29,676 nucleotides of DNA, from the NCBI GenBank assembly GCA_964388035.1, contig CAYLZE010000052.1:1-29676 (forward strand), read 5' to 3'. The stretch is from an uncultured archaeon (GTDB lineage Archaea > Asgardarchaeota > Lokiarchaeia > Sigyniarchaeales > SOKP01). Under the pieces are notes generated by a model. The model did not search any database. It saw nothing but the letters and a program-made list of their open reading frames with translations, and had not been told where the DNA came from. Position numbers and translations under genes: made by a program. This document shows positions 17,700 to 26,967 of this stretch, piece after piece (the first letter of the stretch is position 1; each line of letters starts with the position of its first letter).

Positions 17700-20021
17700 A
17701 TGATGAATTCTGAACAAGAAATGCTTTTAGAAGCCTATACTAGGGCAGAACAACTATTACCTTGGAATATATATCAGATTCTTTATAATACCTATATAAA
17801 ACCTCATTGGATCAATGAACGTGACGAATTTTGGTATAAATTCGAAAATAAAGAACTAAAGAAGTTTATTTTAATTTCCCCAATGGATTCAAGTAAGAAA
17901 GAGGCCTTTGATCACGAGGAACTAGCGAAATCTATATCGGAGGGTGTCAAAAAATCCTATGATCCAAAGAAACTTCCTTTTGATGAGATCATACTAAATG
18001 AAAAAGAAAATACCATTGAATTTGCGATAAAAAAGAATCAATATGTTCTTACTTTAGAAAATTTTAGAGTTATAAGCAAGAGCAAAAAAGAATTAGAACC
18101 ACAAGGAGAATTAAAATCCCCCGATAATAAATGGGCGGCTTATTTAAAGGATCACAATGTTTACGTGCGCTCCCTTCTTTCTGGTGAAGAAATCGGACTA
18201 ACTAATGATGGGGTACAGCATGATGATTATGGACTATTACCCGAATCAAGCACGTATGAAATAACCATTCGAAGGTGGGGATTTAAGCTTCCTCCCATTG
18301 CAATTTGGTCTCCAGATTCTAAAAAATTAGCAATTCATAAAATCGACCAAACCCAAATTAAGGAAATGTATTTAATTCAATCTGTTGCTCTGAAAGAAAG
18401 CCAGAGACCCATATTACATTCTTACAAATACCCCCTTCCCGAGGATAAGGAATTAGGCAAATCAGAATTAGTAGTTCTTGATATTGAAAAAAAGAGTAAG
18501 ATCATCGCAAAATATAAGCCTCAAGAAGTATCCTATGTTCCTCCTATTTTCTATAAACATGTATGGTGGTCACAAGATGGGCAGAAATTGTATTACATCT
18601 ATTATGAAAGAGGCTTTAAAGCGGGTCGTCTCTTAGAAGTGGACGCAGAAACGGGAAATATCAGAGTTATCCTTGAAGAGAACGTGTCCACGCATATTGA
18701 TTTAAACCAATTGCTTGGACAACCTCCAAATGTGCGAATTCTTGAAAAATCTAACGAATTAATCTGGTTTTCTCAGAAAAGCGGATGGGGACATTTATAT
18801 CTCCACGATCTCAAAACTGGGGAATTGAAGAATCAAATTACATCGGGTGAATGGTTAGTTAGAGACATTCTTTATTTGGATGAAAATGAGCGATGGGTTT
18901 ATTTTCTGGCGGGCGGAAGAGAAAAAGACCGAGATCCTTACTATAGGCATCTTTATCGAGCTAAGCTTGATGGCAGCACGATCGAGTTATTAACTCCGGA
19001 AAATGCTGATCATCAAATTGATTTTTCCCCTACAGGTAATTATTTTGTGGATAATATTGCACGAGCTAGTACGACTCCCACTGCAGTTTTGAGAAAATCT
19101 AATGGAGAATTAGTAATGCCGCTGGAAACTGCAGAAATAGATGAGTTATACAATATGGGATGGAACCATCCTAAGGAATTTAAAGTCAAGGCACGAGATG
19201 GAACAACGGATATATACGGTCTTATATTTTATCCCAGCACCTTTAATCCCGAGAAAAAGTACCCGATCATTGATGCAATATATCCTGGTCCTCAAGTTAT
19301 TAGGACTCCAAAACAATTTCCGCTGAAAGTTGACAGAAATTTAACCGGATATTGGGACCCTCAAGCCATGGCAGAGTTGGGCTTTATTGTAATCACTGTG
19401 GATGGGTTTGGAACTCCTTTACGTTCTAAAGCCTTTCAAGATTTTTCCTATGGTAATTTTAAAGATGGTGGTGGAATACAGGATCATGTTATAGCTTTTC
19501 AACAACTTCAAAAAGATCATCCTTACATGGATTTAGACCGAGTGGGAATTTATGGACATTCCGGGGGAGGATTCGCCTCGGCGAGAGCAATCCTGATGTT
19601 TCCTGAATTTTATAAAGTAGCGGTTTCTTCAGCAGGTAACCATGATCAACGGGGTTACGTGGCAGAATGGGGTGAAAAATACCAAGGATTATTAAAAGGG
19701 AATAATTATGATGATCAAGTTAATGCTAAGTTGGCACCGAAGTTAGAGGGAAAATTAATGCTGATGTATGGCGACTTGGATGATAACGTGCATCCTTCAC
19801 TCACCTTACAATTAATAGATGCCCTCATAAAGGCCAATAAAGATTTTGACATGTTAGTATTGCCAAATCGCAATCATATGTTCTCTAATGATGAATATTA
19901 TGTGAGGAAGCGCTGGGATTATTTCGTCCAACACCTTTTAGGAGTTACTCCTCCCAAAGAATATAAGCTTAAAGCACCCAAAATGGAATTTCTCATGGAA
20001 TTGCTCATGCAAAATATTTAA
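17700..20021 (+). CDS. S9B dipeptidyl-peptidase IV-like serine peptidase, no obvious signal peptide
   Basis: Beta-propeller repeats (SPD..W, WSPDS, GWGHLYL, QITSGEW), YPGPQ, nucleophile GHSGGG, DDNVH and NRNH. Confidence 0.93.
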   Translation: MMNSEQEMLLEAYTRAEQLLPWNIYQILYNTYIKPHWINERDEFWYKFENKELKKFILISPMDSSKKEAFDHEELAKSISEGVKKSYDPKKLPFDEIILNEKENTIEFAIKKNQYVLTLENFRVISKSKKELEPQGELKSPDNKWAAYLKDHNVYVRSLLSGEEIGLTNDGVQHDDYGLLPESSTYEITIRRWGFKLPPIAIWSPDSKKLAIHKIDQTQIKEMYLIQSVALKESQRPILHSYKYPLPEDKELGKSELVVLDIEKKSKIIAKYKPQEVSYVPPIFYKHVWWSQDGQKLYYIYYERGFKAGRLLEVDAETGNIRVILEENVSTHIDLNQLLGQPPNVRILEKSNELIWFSQKSGWGHLYLHDLKTGELKNQITSGEWLVRDILYLDENERWVYFLAGGREKDRDPYYRHLYRAKLDGSTIELLTPENADHQIDFSPTGNYFVDNIARASTTPTAVLRKSNGELVMPLETAEIDELYNMGWNHPKEFKVKARDGTTDIYGLIFYPSTFNPEKKYPIIDAIYPGPQVIRTPKQFPLKVDRNLTGYWDPQAMAELGFIVITVDGFGTPLRSKAFQDFSYGNFKDGGGIQDHVIAFQQLQKDHPYMDLDRVGIYGHSGGGFASARAILMFPEFYKVAVSSAGNHDQRGYVAEWGEKYQGLLKGNNYDDQVNAKLAPKLEGKLMLMYGDLDDNVHPSLTLQLIDALIKANKDFDMLVLPNRNHMFSNDEYYVRKRWDYFVQHLLGVTPPKEYKLKAPKMEFLMELLMQNI

Positions 20022-20053
20022 TTAAATATCGATTGATAAAAACTTAATATCAA

Positions 20054-20081
20054 TTTTTTACTTGCCTTTTTTTTTGATTTT
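20054..20081 (+). terminator. Oligo-T terminator after the S9 peptidase
   Basis: T-rich run with several oligo-T tracts starting about 30 nt after the stop codon. Confidence 0.4.
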
Positions 20082-20153
20082 AAGAACAGTTAATTTAAAT
20101 GAGCTTGGATATTATGTTATTACAAGAAAATCAATTTATATAGGTGAATTTTA

Positions 20154-21395
20154 TTGAAAGCCATTAAGATAGAGGATGATATATATTGGGTAGGAGCTAA
20201 TGTTCACACGGAAGATTTATTTGAAGGAATATGGCCAATTCCTAATGGTGTAGCATTAAATTCGTATATCGTGAAAGGAGATAAAATTGCTCTAGTGGAA
20301 TTGGTGAGAGAATGGGGAGATGCGGCACAAACTTTGATTAAGCGATTAGAATCCATCAAGGTTAAATTAGAAGAAATTAATTATATAATACTCAACCATT
20401 TAGAGCCAGATCACACGGGATTTACCTATCTTTTAAAAGCGATTAATCCTGATATTGAGATTTATGCGACAGAAAGAGGAGTAAAGCTCGTTAATGCATT
20501 TTATGGCATAAAAGATAATGTACATGCCGTGAAAACTGGAGATACTTTGGATCTTGGAAAAGGAAAGAAATTTCAGTTTGTGGAAATTCCTAATGTTCAT
20601 TGGCCAGAAACCATGGTTACTTATGAGATGGATTCAAAAATTCTATTTTCAGGAGATGCTTTTGGAGCTTTCGGGGTTCATAAGGGTGGGATATTTGATT
20701 TTGAGACGCCTGAAGCTAATAAACATTATTGGGAACAAGAAATGGAAAGATATTATGCGAACATTATCGCAATGTTTTCCCCCATGGTACGTAAAGCTAT
20801 ATTGGAACTTTCTAAATATGAAATAAAGTCCATTGCCCCTTCCCATGGTTTAATTTGGAAAAAGCATCCCGAGGTGGTTATTAATAAATACATAAGATAT
20901 GCAGATTATAACAAAGATTATGCAGAACCGGAAATATGTGTAATTTGGGGGTCAATGTACGGGAATACTGAAGTAATGCTTAATGCCGTTTTGAGGGGGA
21001 TAGCAACCGAAGGAGTTCACGTATCAGTTCTTAGAGTGCCTAATGTGGATGTTTCCTATGTCATTTCTAATGCTTATAAGGCTGCAGGATTGGTCATTGG
21101 GACTCCCACGTATGAATATGAAATGTTTCCTCCCATGAAGTACTGCTTGGAACTTTTTAAGAAAAAACATATCTGGTATAAGCACGTGCTATTTTTCGGT
21201 AGTTATGGTTGGAGTGGAGGAGCTAAGAAAGATTTTGATGAACTCAGCAATGGTATGAAATGGGATATTTTAGAGCCATTAACATTTAACGGCCACCCGA
21301 ATGATGAAGAATATGAGCGGGGTATGGAATTAGGGGCTGAATTGGCTCGAAGAGTGAAAAAGGTTCCCTCCAAAATAAAGGACGAAGACTATTAA
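20154..21395 (+). CDS. fprA: Flavodiiron protein (FprA, A-type flavoprotein; O2/NO reductase)
   Basis: Diiron motifs NHLEPDH, HWPE, FSGDAFG and PSHG; flavodoxin motifs SMYGNT and FGSYGWSGGA; AGGTGA 6 nt before the TTG start. Confidence 0.94.
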   Translation: MKAIKIEDDIYWVGANVHTEDLFEGIWPIPNGVALNSYIVKGDKIALVELVREWGDAAQTLIKRLESIKVKLEEINYIILNHLEPDHTGFTYLLKAINPDIEIYATERGVKLVNAFYGIKDNVHAVKTGDTLDLGKGKKFQFVEIPNVHWPETMVTYEMDSKILFSGDAFGAFGVHKGGIFDFETPEANKHYWEQEMERYYANIIAMFSPMVRKAILELSKYEIKSIAPSHGLIWKKHPEVVINKYIRYADYNKDYAEPEICVIWGSMYGNTEVMLNAVLRGIATEGVHVSVLRVPNVDVSYVISNAYKAAGLVIGTPTYEYEMFPPMKYCLELFKKKHIWYKHVLFFGSYGWSGGAKKDFDELSNGMKWDILEPLTFNGHPNDEEYERGMELGAELARRVKKVPSKIKDEDY

Positions 21396-21497
21396 TCCTT
21401 TTTCTTAATTTCAATTGTACAATAATTAAAGGATCAATTAGGATTTGAAAAAGTAAGAGATTAGATAAAAAACAACAAACTTTTTTGGTTAACTTTT

Positions 21498-22265
21498 TTA
21501 TTTCATTCGCTGCTTTATTATTTTAATGTTTTCTTGAATATCTTTATAAAAAGTGATATCCGTTAGGTTTAAGTTTTCAAGTGTTTTAGAGATATTCGAA
21601 AAAATTTCTAATAGCGTATCATAATTTAAAACTCTCAAGTCAGTTATGGAAATGTTAATAAATTTATTTAGAAGCAAGTGAAGGGAGGTTAATAGAATCC
21701 AAGAAATAATCGTAATAGTTAATATCCACTCAATCATGGGTTGCATTAATATTAATAAGAGAATTAAAAAAATGAAGACGAGGAAACCTAAGGAAGAATG
21801 ATATCCCCGAAATTCTATGTTATAAAAATCTTGCTCTTTTGGCCCCGAAAACATCAATATGCTATAGAGAAGGATGTAAATACCAGAGCCAATAAACGCA
21901 TAAAAAGAAATAATACCATGAAACCATTTAAACAGTTCAATGTAGCTTGCTTCGGGATTTATCCCGACTAAAGCGATGCAAATACACGCGGAAATCGAGA
22001 ATCCCGTTGCTAATTTCCGCAAGCGCACGTTAATGTTTGTCAATTCCCTCTCAAGGTATAAAAAGAAAGGAATTTCGGAAGATCCTGCGACGATAAATGC
22101 GATACTGAAAAAGAATTTCCCATTGCCTTCTCCCAGAGAGCTTACCGTATCAGTTATGGGATTATATCCGGGGGTTGATAAAAAGGCCGTTATCAAGAAA
22201 CCGCATGCTGTTAACATGCCGAAAAAACCAAAAAATGCTTCTAATTTATTATGAATTTGAATCAT
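21498..22265 (-). CDS. DUF998-like membrane protein
   Basis: PGYNPITDTVSSLG after TM1, LVGINP, a conserved-type His in WFHG, and EWI; about six TM segments plus a soluble tail. Confidence 0.7.
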   Translation of the reverse strand: MIQIHNKLEAFFGFFGMLTACGFLITAFLSTPGYNPITDTVSSLGEGNGKFFFSIAFIVAGSSEIPFFLYLERELTNINVRLRKLATGFSISACICIALVGINPEASYIELFKWFHGIISFYAFIGSGIYILLYSILMFSGPKEQDFYNIEFRGYHSSLGFLVFIFLILLLILMQPMIEWILTITIISWILLTSLHLLLNKFINISITDLRVLNYDTLLEIFSNISKTLENLNLTDITFYKDIQENIKIIKQRMK

Positions 22266-22843
22266 GCTCTAATATCACTCTTCGATCTAAGTAAATATGT
22301 TGACTAATCACATAAACAAATATAATTCATCCTAGGGTTTCATCAAGTAAGAATTTAATTATTCAAACATTGTTTGACATTTAAATAGATTCAATGTTTA
22401 TTTGAATTAAAATTATAACAACTTAGAACAAAAATTAGAATTTTCTTCCTACGTTTGAAAATTTTTCTAATGAGATTGAGGAGGAACTTATATAATTTCT
22501 TTCTCTTGTTTTTTATTAAATTTTTGTGGGAAACACCTTTTTTTCACTAATTCTTCTTCAAATTCCCCGATGCTTTTTTGTTTTCTCTTTTCCTTTTTTT
22601 TTTTTACATTCTTCAATACCATCTTTCATTTCAACGATTCATCTTCTGCTAGCATAAATTTTTCTAATTAAGGTAAAATGAATGAGATTTTTAAATTTTA
22701 AGCTTATATTTTAAATTTGAATTTGGCTTTATACCGATTTGAAAGCAAAGGAATACAACATGGAATAATCTTTAAAATGTTAAAAGAAAATTTAATATAG
22801 TAAAGATGATAAGTAAAAACCACCTTAAAATGAACTTAAGGGG

Positions 22844-24799
22844 ATGTTTATGAAATTTAGCTTAAAAAATGAGTTTCTAAACAATTACAAGGGAAAACAG
22901 CCAGAATGGGGTCCTTTAGGATATTTTACATACAAGCGTACATATGCCAGATTCTTAGAACAAGAAAATCGAAAGGAAGAATTCTGGGAAACGGTACGAA
23001 GAGTCGTGGAGGGGTGTTTCTCAATTCAAAAAAAACACTGTCAGAACTTAAAGTTGCCGTGGGATGATGAAAAAGCAACAAAGTCTGCTGAACAAATGTA
23101 TGAAAAGATTTGGAATTTTAAAATGTCCCCTCCGGGGAGGGGCTTGTGGATAATGGGAACGCCATTCATCGAAAAACATGGGTCTATGGCATTAAATAAT
23201 TGTGGGTTCGTGTCAACAAAAGATATCCACATAAAATATACGGAACCTTTTGAATTTTTGATGCATGCGCTGATGGTCGGAGTCGGCGTGGGGTTTGATA
23301 CCAAGGGTGCAGGACAGATTGCAATTAAAAGACCAAAAAAAGAAGAATTCAAATTTATCATACCTGATAGCAGAGAGGGATGGGTAAAGGCATTAAAATT
23401 GTTATTAGAAGCTTACTTTTTAGGAAAGCAGAATCCACAATTTGATTTCTCAGAAATCCGGGCGAAAGGTGAACCGTTAGAGAGTTTTGGAGGAACTGCA
23501 TCCGGCCCCAGTCCACTGAAAAAAATGCTATCGAAAATTGATTTGTTATTAAAAAAAAAAGTAGGAAAGAATCTAAGTTCCGTAGATATCTTAGATATCA
23601 TGAATTTAATAGGAACTTGTGTTATTGCAGGGGGGATACGAAGAAGTGCAGAAATTGGACTTGGAGAACAAGATGACAAGGAATTCATCACCGCAAAAAA
23701 TAATAATGAGAAATTATATTCCCACCGTTGGGTTAGTAATAACAGTATTATTGCAAGAGTTGGCATGGATTACTCCTTTATCATAGAACAACTCATTCAA
23801 AATGGAGAACCTGGAATTTTCTGGATAGAAAATGCCAGAACCTATTCCCGAATGATAGATCCTCCCGATCATAAAGATAAAAGTGTAATGGGAATGAATC
23901 CATGTGGTGAAATATCCTTGGAATCCTTTGAACTTTGTAATTTGGTAGAGGTATATCCATCACGGCACGAAAATTGGGAAGAATTCAAAGAAACCTTGGA
24001 GATTGCCTACTTATATGCCAAAACAGTGACTTTATTACACACTAACTGGGAAATGACAAATGCAGTGATGTTAAAAAATAGAAGATTAGGAATTTCCCAA
24101 ACCGGAATCATTGATGCTTTTGATAAACATGGTCGGTTTAAAATGATGGGTTGGTGTCAAAAAGGCTATGAATATCTGAAAGAATTGGATGATCAATATT
24201 CTCACTGGTTATGCATACCAAAATCTATAAAACTGACAACCATTAAACCAAGCGGAACGGTTAGCTTGCTTTCAGGAGTGTCTCCAGGCATCCACTTTCC
24301 CCATTCCGAGTATTACCTCCGAAGAATACGAATTGAAGATACTTCCGAATTAATCCCGTTAATGAAAGTAGCAGGATATAATATAATAAAAGATGCCTAT
24401 TCCGACAATGTCCAACTCATTGAATTTCCCGTTAAAAAAGTTCCTTATACCCGAGGAAAGAATGATGTATCCATATGGGAGCAAACTGAAAATGCAGCTT
24501 TTTATCAAAAATATTGGTCAGATAATCAAGTCTCAATTACCATTACTTTTAAAGAAGAGGAAAAAAAAGATATCAAAAATTTATTAGAAGCGTATCAAGA
24601 CCAATTAAAAAGCATCTCTTTCTTGCCGCTTAAAGAACATGGATATAAACAAGCTCCCTACGAAGAAATTTCAAAAGAAATATATGAAAAGTTATTAAAG
24701 AATTTAAAGTCCCTTTATTTGGATAAAATTAAAGAAAAAGCTAGAGGACAAATTTTTTGCGACTCGGAGCTATGCGAAATTCATATTAAAAGAGAATAA
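22844..24799 (+). CDS. nrdJ: Class II (adenosylcobalamin-dependent) ribonucleotide reductase, monomeric RTPR type
   Basis: YKRTYAR, PPGRGLW, LNNC, GVGVGFD, GGIRRSA, NPCGEISLESFELCNLVE, TIKPSGTVS, QAPYEEI and the C-terminal redox pair CDSELC. Confidence 0.95.
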   Translation: MFMKFSLKNEFLNNYKGKQPEWGPLGYFTYKRTYARFLEQENRKEEFWETVRRVVEGCFSIQKKHCQNLKLPWDDEKATKSAEQMYEKIWNFKMSPPGRGLWIMGTPFIEKHGSMALNNCGFVSTKDIHIKYTEPFEFLMHALMVGVGVGFDTKGAGQIAIKRPKKEEFKFIIPDSREGWVKALKLLLEAYFLGKQNPQFDFSEIRAKGEPLESFGGTASGPSPLKKMLSKIDLLLKKKVGKNLSSVDILDIMNLIGTCVIAGGIRRSAEIGLGEQDDKEFITAKNNNEKLYSHRWVSNNSIIARVGMDYSFIIEQLIQNGEPGIFWIENARTYSRMIDPPDHKDKSVMGMNPCGEISLESFELCNLVEVYPSRHENWEEFKETLEIAYLYAKTVTLLHTNWEMTNAVMLKNRRLGISQTGIIDAFDKHGRFKMMGWCQKGYEYLKELDDQYSHWLCIPKSIKLTTIKPSGTVSLLSGVSPGIHFPHSEYYLRRIRIEDTSELIPLMKVAGYNIIKDAYSDNVQLIEFPVKKVPYTRGKNDVSIWEQTENAAFYQKYWSDNQVSITITFKEEEKKDIKNLLEAYQDQLKSISFLPLKEHGYKQAPYEEISKEIYEKLLKNLKSLYLDKIKEKARGQIFCDSELCEIHIKRE

Positions 24800-24828
24800 T
24801 AGCTTCAAGCTAAATGAATTAAAATTGA

Positions 24829-25695
24829 TTAGGGCAATCTGGATCGCAGATGGAGAATCCACACCACTATAAAGCCGAAAACGAGGTTTTCTGTAAAAAG
24901 CTCCACAAAGTGAGCAATTTGAAGTCCTAGGCTCATGCTGGTCGACAGCATCGATGCACCTGACAATGGCACAGCGAGCAACAGTCCGATTACAACAGCC
25001 GTCTTCCGCCAACCAAATCGAAGTGAAACAACGGTCGGGACCGAAAATATCATCCATAATGCACCCCTCATCAGTTCGATAGGGAACACTAAGGCCGCCG
25101 CTGAGGATGCAATGCTCTGTTCAGCCGCTAATGCCGTGGGATCGAGGGCTTGTGCAATCGGGTAGTAAATTAATAGCCCGAATATTATGAAAACTAGCAA
25201 ATAGACAATTGCTGCTAAAACTATTTTCCAGATCCATTCTATTGTTCTCATGACGAGACGCGGAGAGAGTGCTTCAGCATTTATCGCCCTTTGCCCTAAA
25301 ACCCATACGATGACAGCTGAGAAGATGACGGAAACAATCGCACCATTGATAAGCAGCCCTGCCGCGACCATTGCTGTAAGTATGCTCCCCAGATAAACCG
25401 ACTCGAATGCAGTAAGCACGTATACAAACCCATAAAGAATGCAGAAGATAGCCATCCATTCCTTCCATCCTTTCCATTGTGAATGCTTCACGACGTAGGT
25501 GAAGAGGAGGGTGTCAGCCAGAGCCACCAGAACGAGTCGAATCGGTGTTTGGAGAAGTGTCGATGAAATCTTCATCCCTATATAATCTACCGAGAGCAAA
25601 CCGATCAAGAGAAACGTCAAACAAACTACTTTCAGTGCTAAAACCCAAGGGCTTTCTGGATTTATTCCCAAATCTTCTTGATTTTCTTTTCCCAT
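24829..25695 (-). CDS. Multi-pass membrane protein of unknown function, high GC
   Basis: About eight hydrophobic segments. ATG 25695 (MGKENQ...) is preferred over the track start at 25794 because the extension is AT-rich and contains TATA-like sequence. Confidence 0.75.
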   Translation of the reverse strand: MGKENQEDLGINPESPWVLALKVVCLTFLLIGLLSVDYIGMKISSTLLQTPIRLVLVALADTLLFTYVVKHSQWKGWKEWMAIFCILYGFVYVLTAFESVYLGSILTAMVAAGLLINGAIVSVIFSAVIVWVLGQRAINAEALSPRLVMRTIEWIWKIVLAAIVYLLVFIIFGLLIYYPIAQALDPTALAAEQSIASSAAALVFPIELMRGALWMIFSVPTVVSLRFGWRKTAVVIGLLLAVPLSGASMLSTSMSLGLQIAHFVELFTENLVFGFIVVWILHLRSRLP

Positions 25696-26371
25696 CCTTA
25701 AAAAGCCTCTATATAATGTTATTTCATCATTAAATTTTAAATTTCTTTGCCACGTATCGATTATAGCACGTGGAAAAATAACGATACTAATCAATTCATT
25801 ATATATGAATTAAGATTTCTAAATTTTTGCCGCTTAAAAATGTTTTGCCTCAAAGTTGAGAAGATTCTCAAAAAATGCTCAATTAAAGCAACTTAGAGGT
25901 AATTAAGGATTTTCTTTATTCCATGTGCATCTAGCGAAGCGCAAAAAATAATACCATCATTATCATACATGTTCTAATACAAAAATTTTTCATTTCGGAG
26001 TTCTCTTTTCTGCCTGTCATTTCTTCATTAATGTCTACTTAGGAAACCATTCAATTAACGATTTTTTTTCAATAAATGAACTCATCAGAAATTCTTGTTA
26101 TTCAAACATTCCAAGATAATTTTTATTCCCATTAAAAGTATAATTAAATTATTTTAATTTTCTTAATAGAATCAGAAATAAACTTATATATATTTTAAAA
26201 ATACTAATAAAATTGATTAAGATTTATTAATCACACATTTAAATAATTATTTTTCTTTAAATAATATGGTGGTGATTTATCCCCAAATTACCGTCTAAGA
26301 CCTGTAGAAGAAATACCTCAAAATATTTCTTCTCTAGTTACTATTTTTTTTAATAAAAACACAAAATCAAA

Positions 26372-26518
26372 ATGAATGAATCAGAAGTAAGGCCGACGAT
26401 AATAAAGTGTCCCGTTTGTGGAAATAGCATGAAAACCTCTTTTAGTCGAATAAAGACCGGAGACATTAAATGCTCTAAATGTGGATATCGGTTCAAGCAA
26501 GGCGACTTGTTTCCTTAA
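26372..26518 (+). CDS. 48-aa zinc-ribbon protein (CxxC-x17-CxxC)
   Basis: Hand translation: MNESEVRPTIIKCPVCGNSMKTSFSRIKTGDIKCSKCGYRFKQGDLFP*. Shorter than any ORF in the track. Confidence 0.75.
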   Translation: MNESEVRPTIIKCPVCGNSMKTSFSRIKTGDIKCSKCGYRFKQGDLFP

Positions 26519-26967
26519 AGATTTTAGCACTTCCAGAAAAGGGACGGTGTGATTAATATCTCTTTATGAAACAATAGATTCTTTTACGGTATAGTTGACT
26601 TGAAAAAACTGTGTTTGTCCTTATTGTCGTTAAAATCGATGTTGTTTTTCCCCGCATCGTATAAAATTAGTTATTTTTTGATTTTTAAAATATAAAAATG
26701 ATATAATAATTACCACAGAAAAACTTCAAGGGTATTAAACTATAGGGAGAACTCATCCTCGTTTCAATATATTTTTATGCCATTGACACCGCAAATCCTC
26801 GCTTATAAGTGTTATCGTTCCCTAAATAATGAGCCCCATCTCTTTATAGGGTAAGACATTTGATCAAACAAATTTAGATTTAATTTGTTAGACCTATTTT
26901 TAATAGCAAATCTTTTTATTTGGTGGTCATTCTTATAGAAAGATAAACTCCAATAAATTCATAAGAA

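Noticed and set aside
22626-22628. Selenocysteine at an in-frame TGA
   Set aside because: No redox-motif context or recognisable SECIS. The redox enzymes in the window are complete without UGA readthrough.
22844-24799. Intein or intron in nrdJ, or an upstream cobalamin riboswitch
   Set aside because: At 651 aa with a contiguous NPCGE motif there is no room for an intein, and the upstream DNA is AT-rich with no B12-box.
1382-25733. Short track ORFs (60-117 aa) overlapping the main genes, plus 8579-8761
   Set aside because: These are antisense or alternate-frame shadows of well-supported CDSs with no motifs. 8579-8761 lies over the divergent promoter region.
25696-25794. N-terminal 33-aa extension of the high-GC membrane protein
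   Set aside because: AT-rich, promoter-like sequence; ATG 25695 is the more plausible start.
26790-26850. Fluoride-riboswitch-like GAGATGGGGCTC on the minus strand (also GGAGATGG near 14243)
   Set aside because: The P1 stem is mismatched, the pseudoknot partner is poor, and no fluoride-related gene lies downstream.
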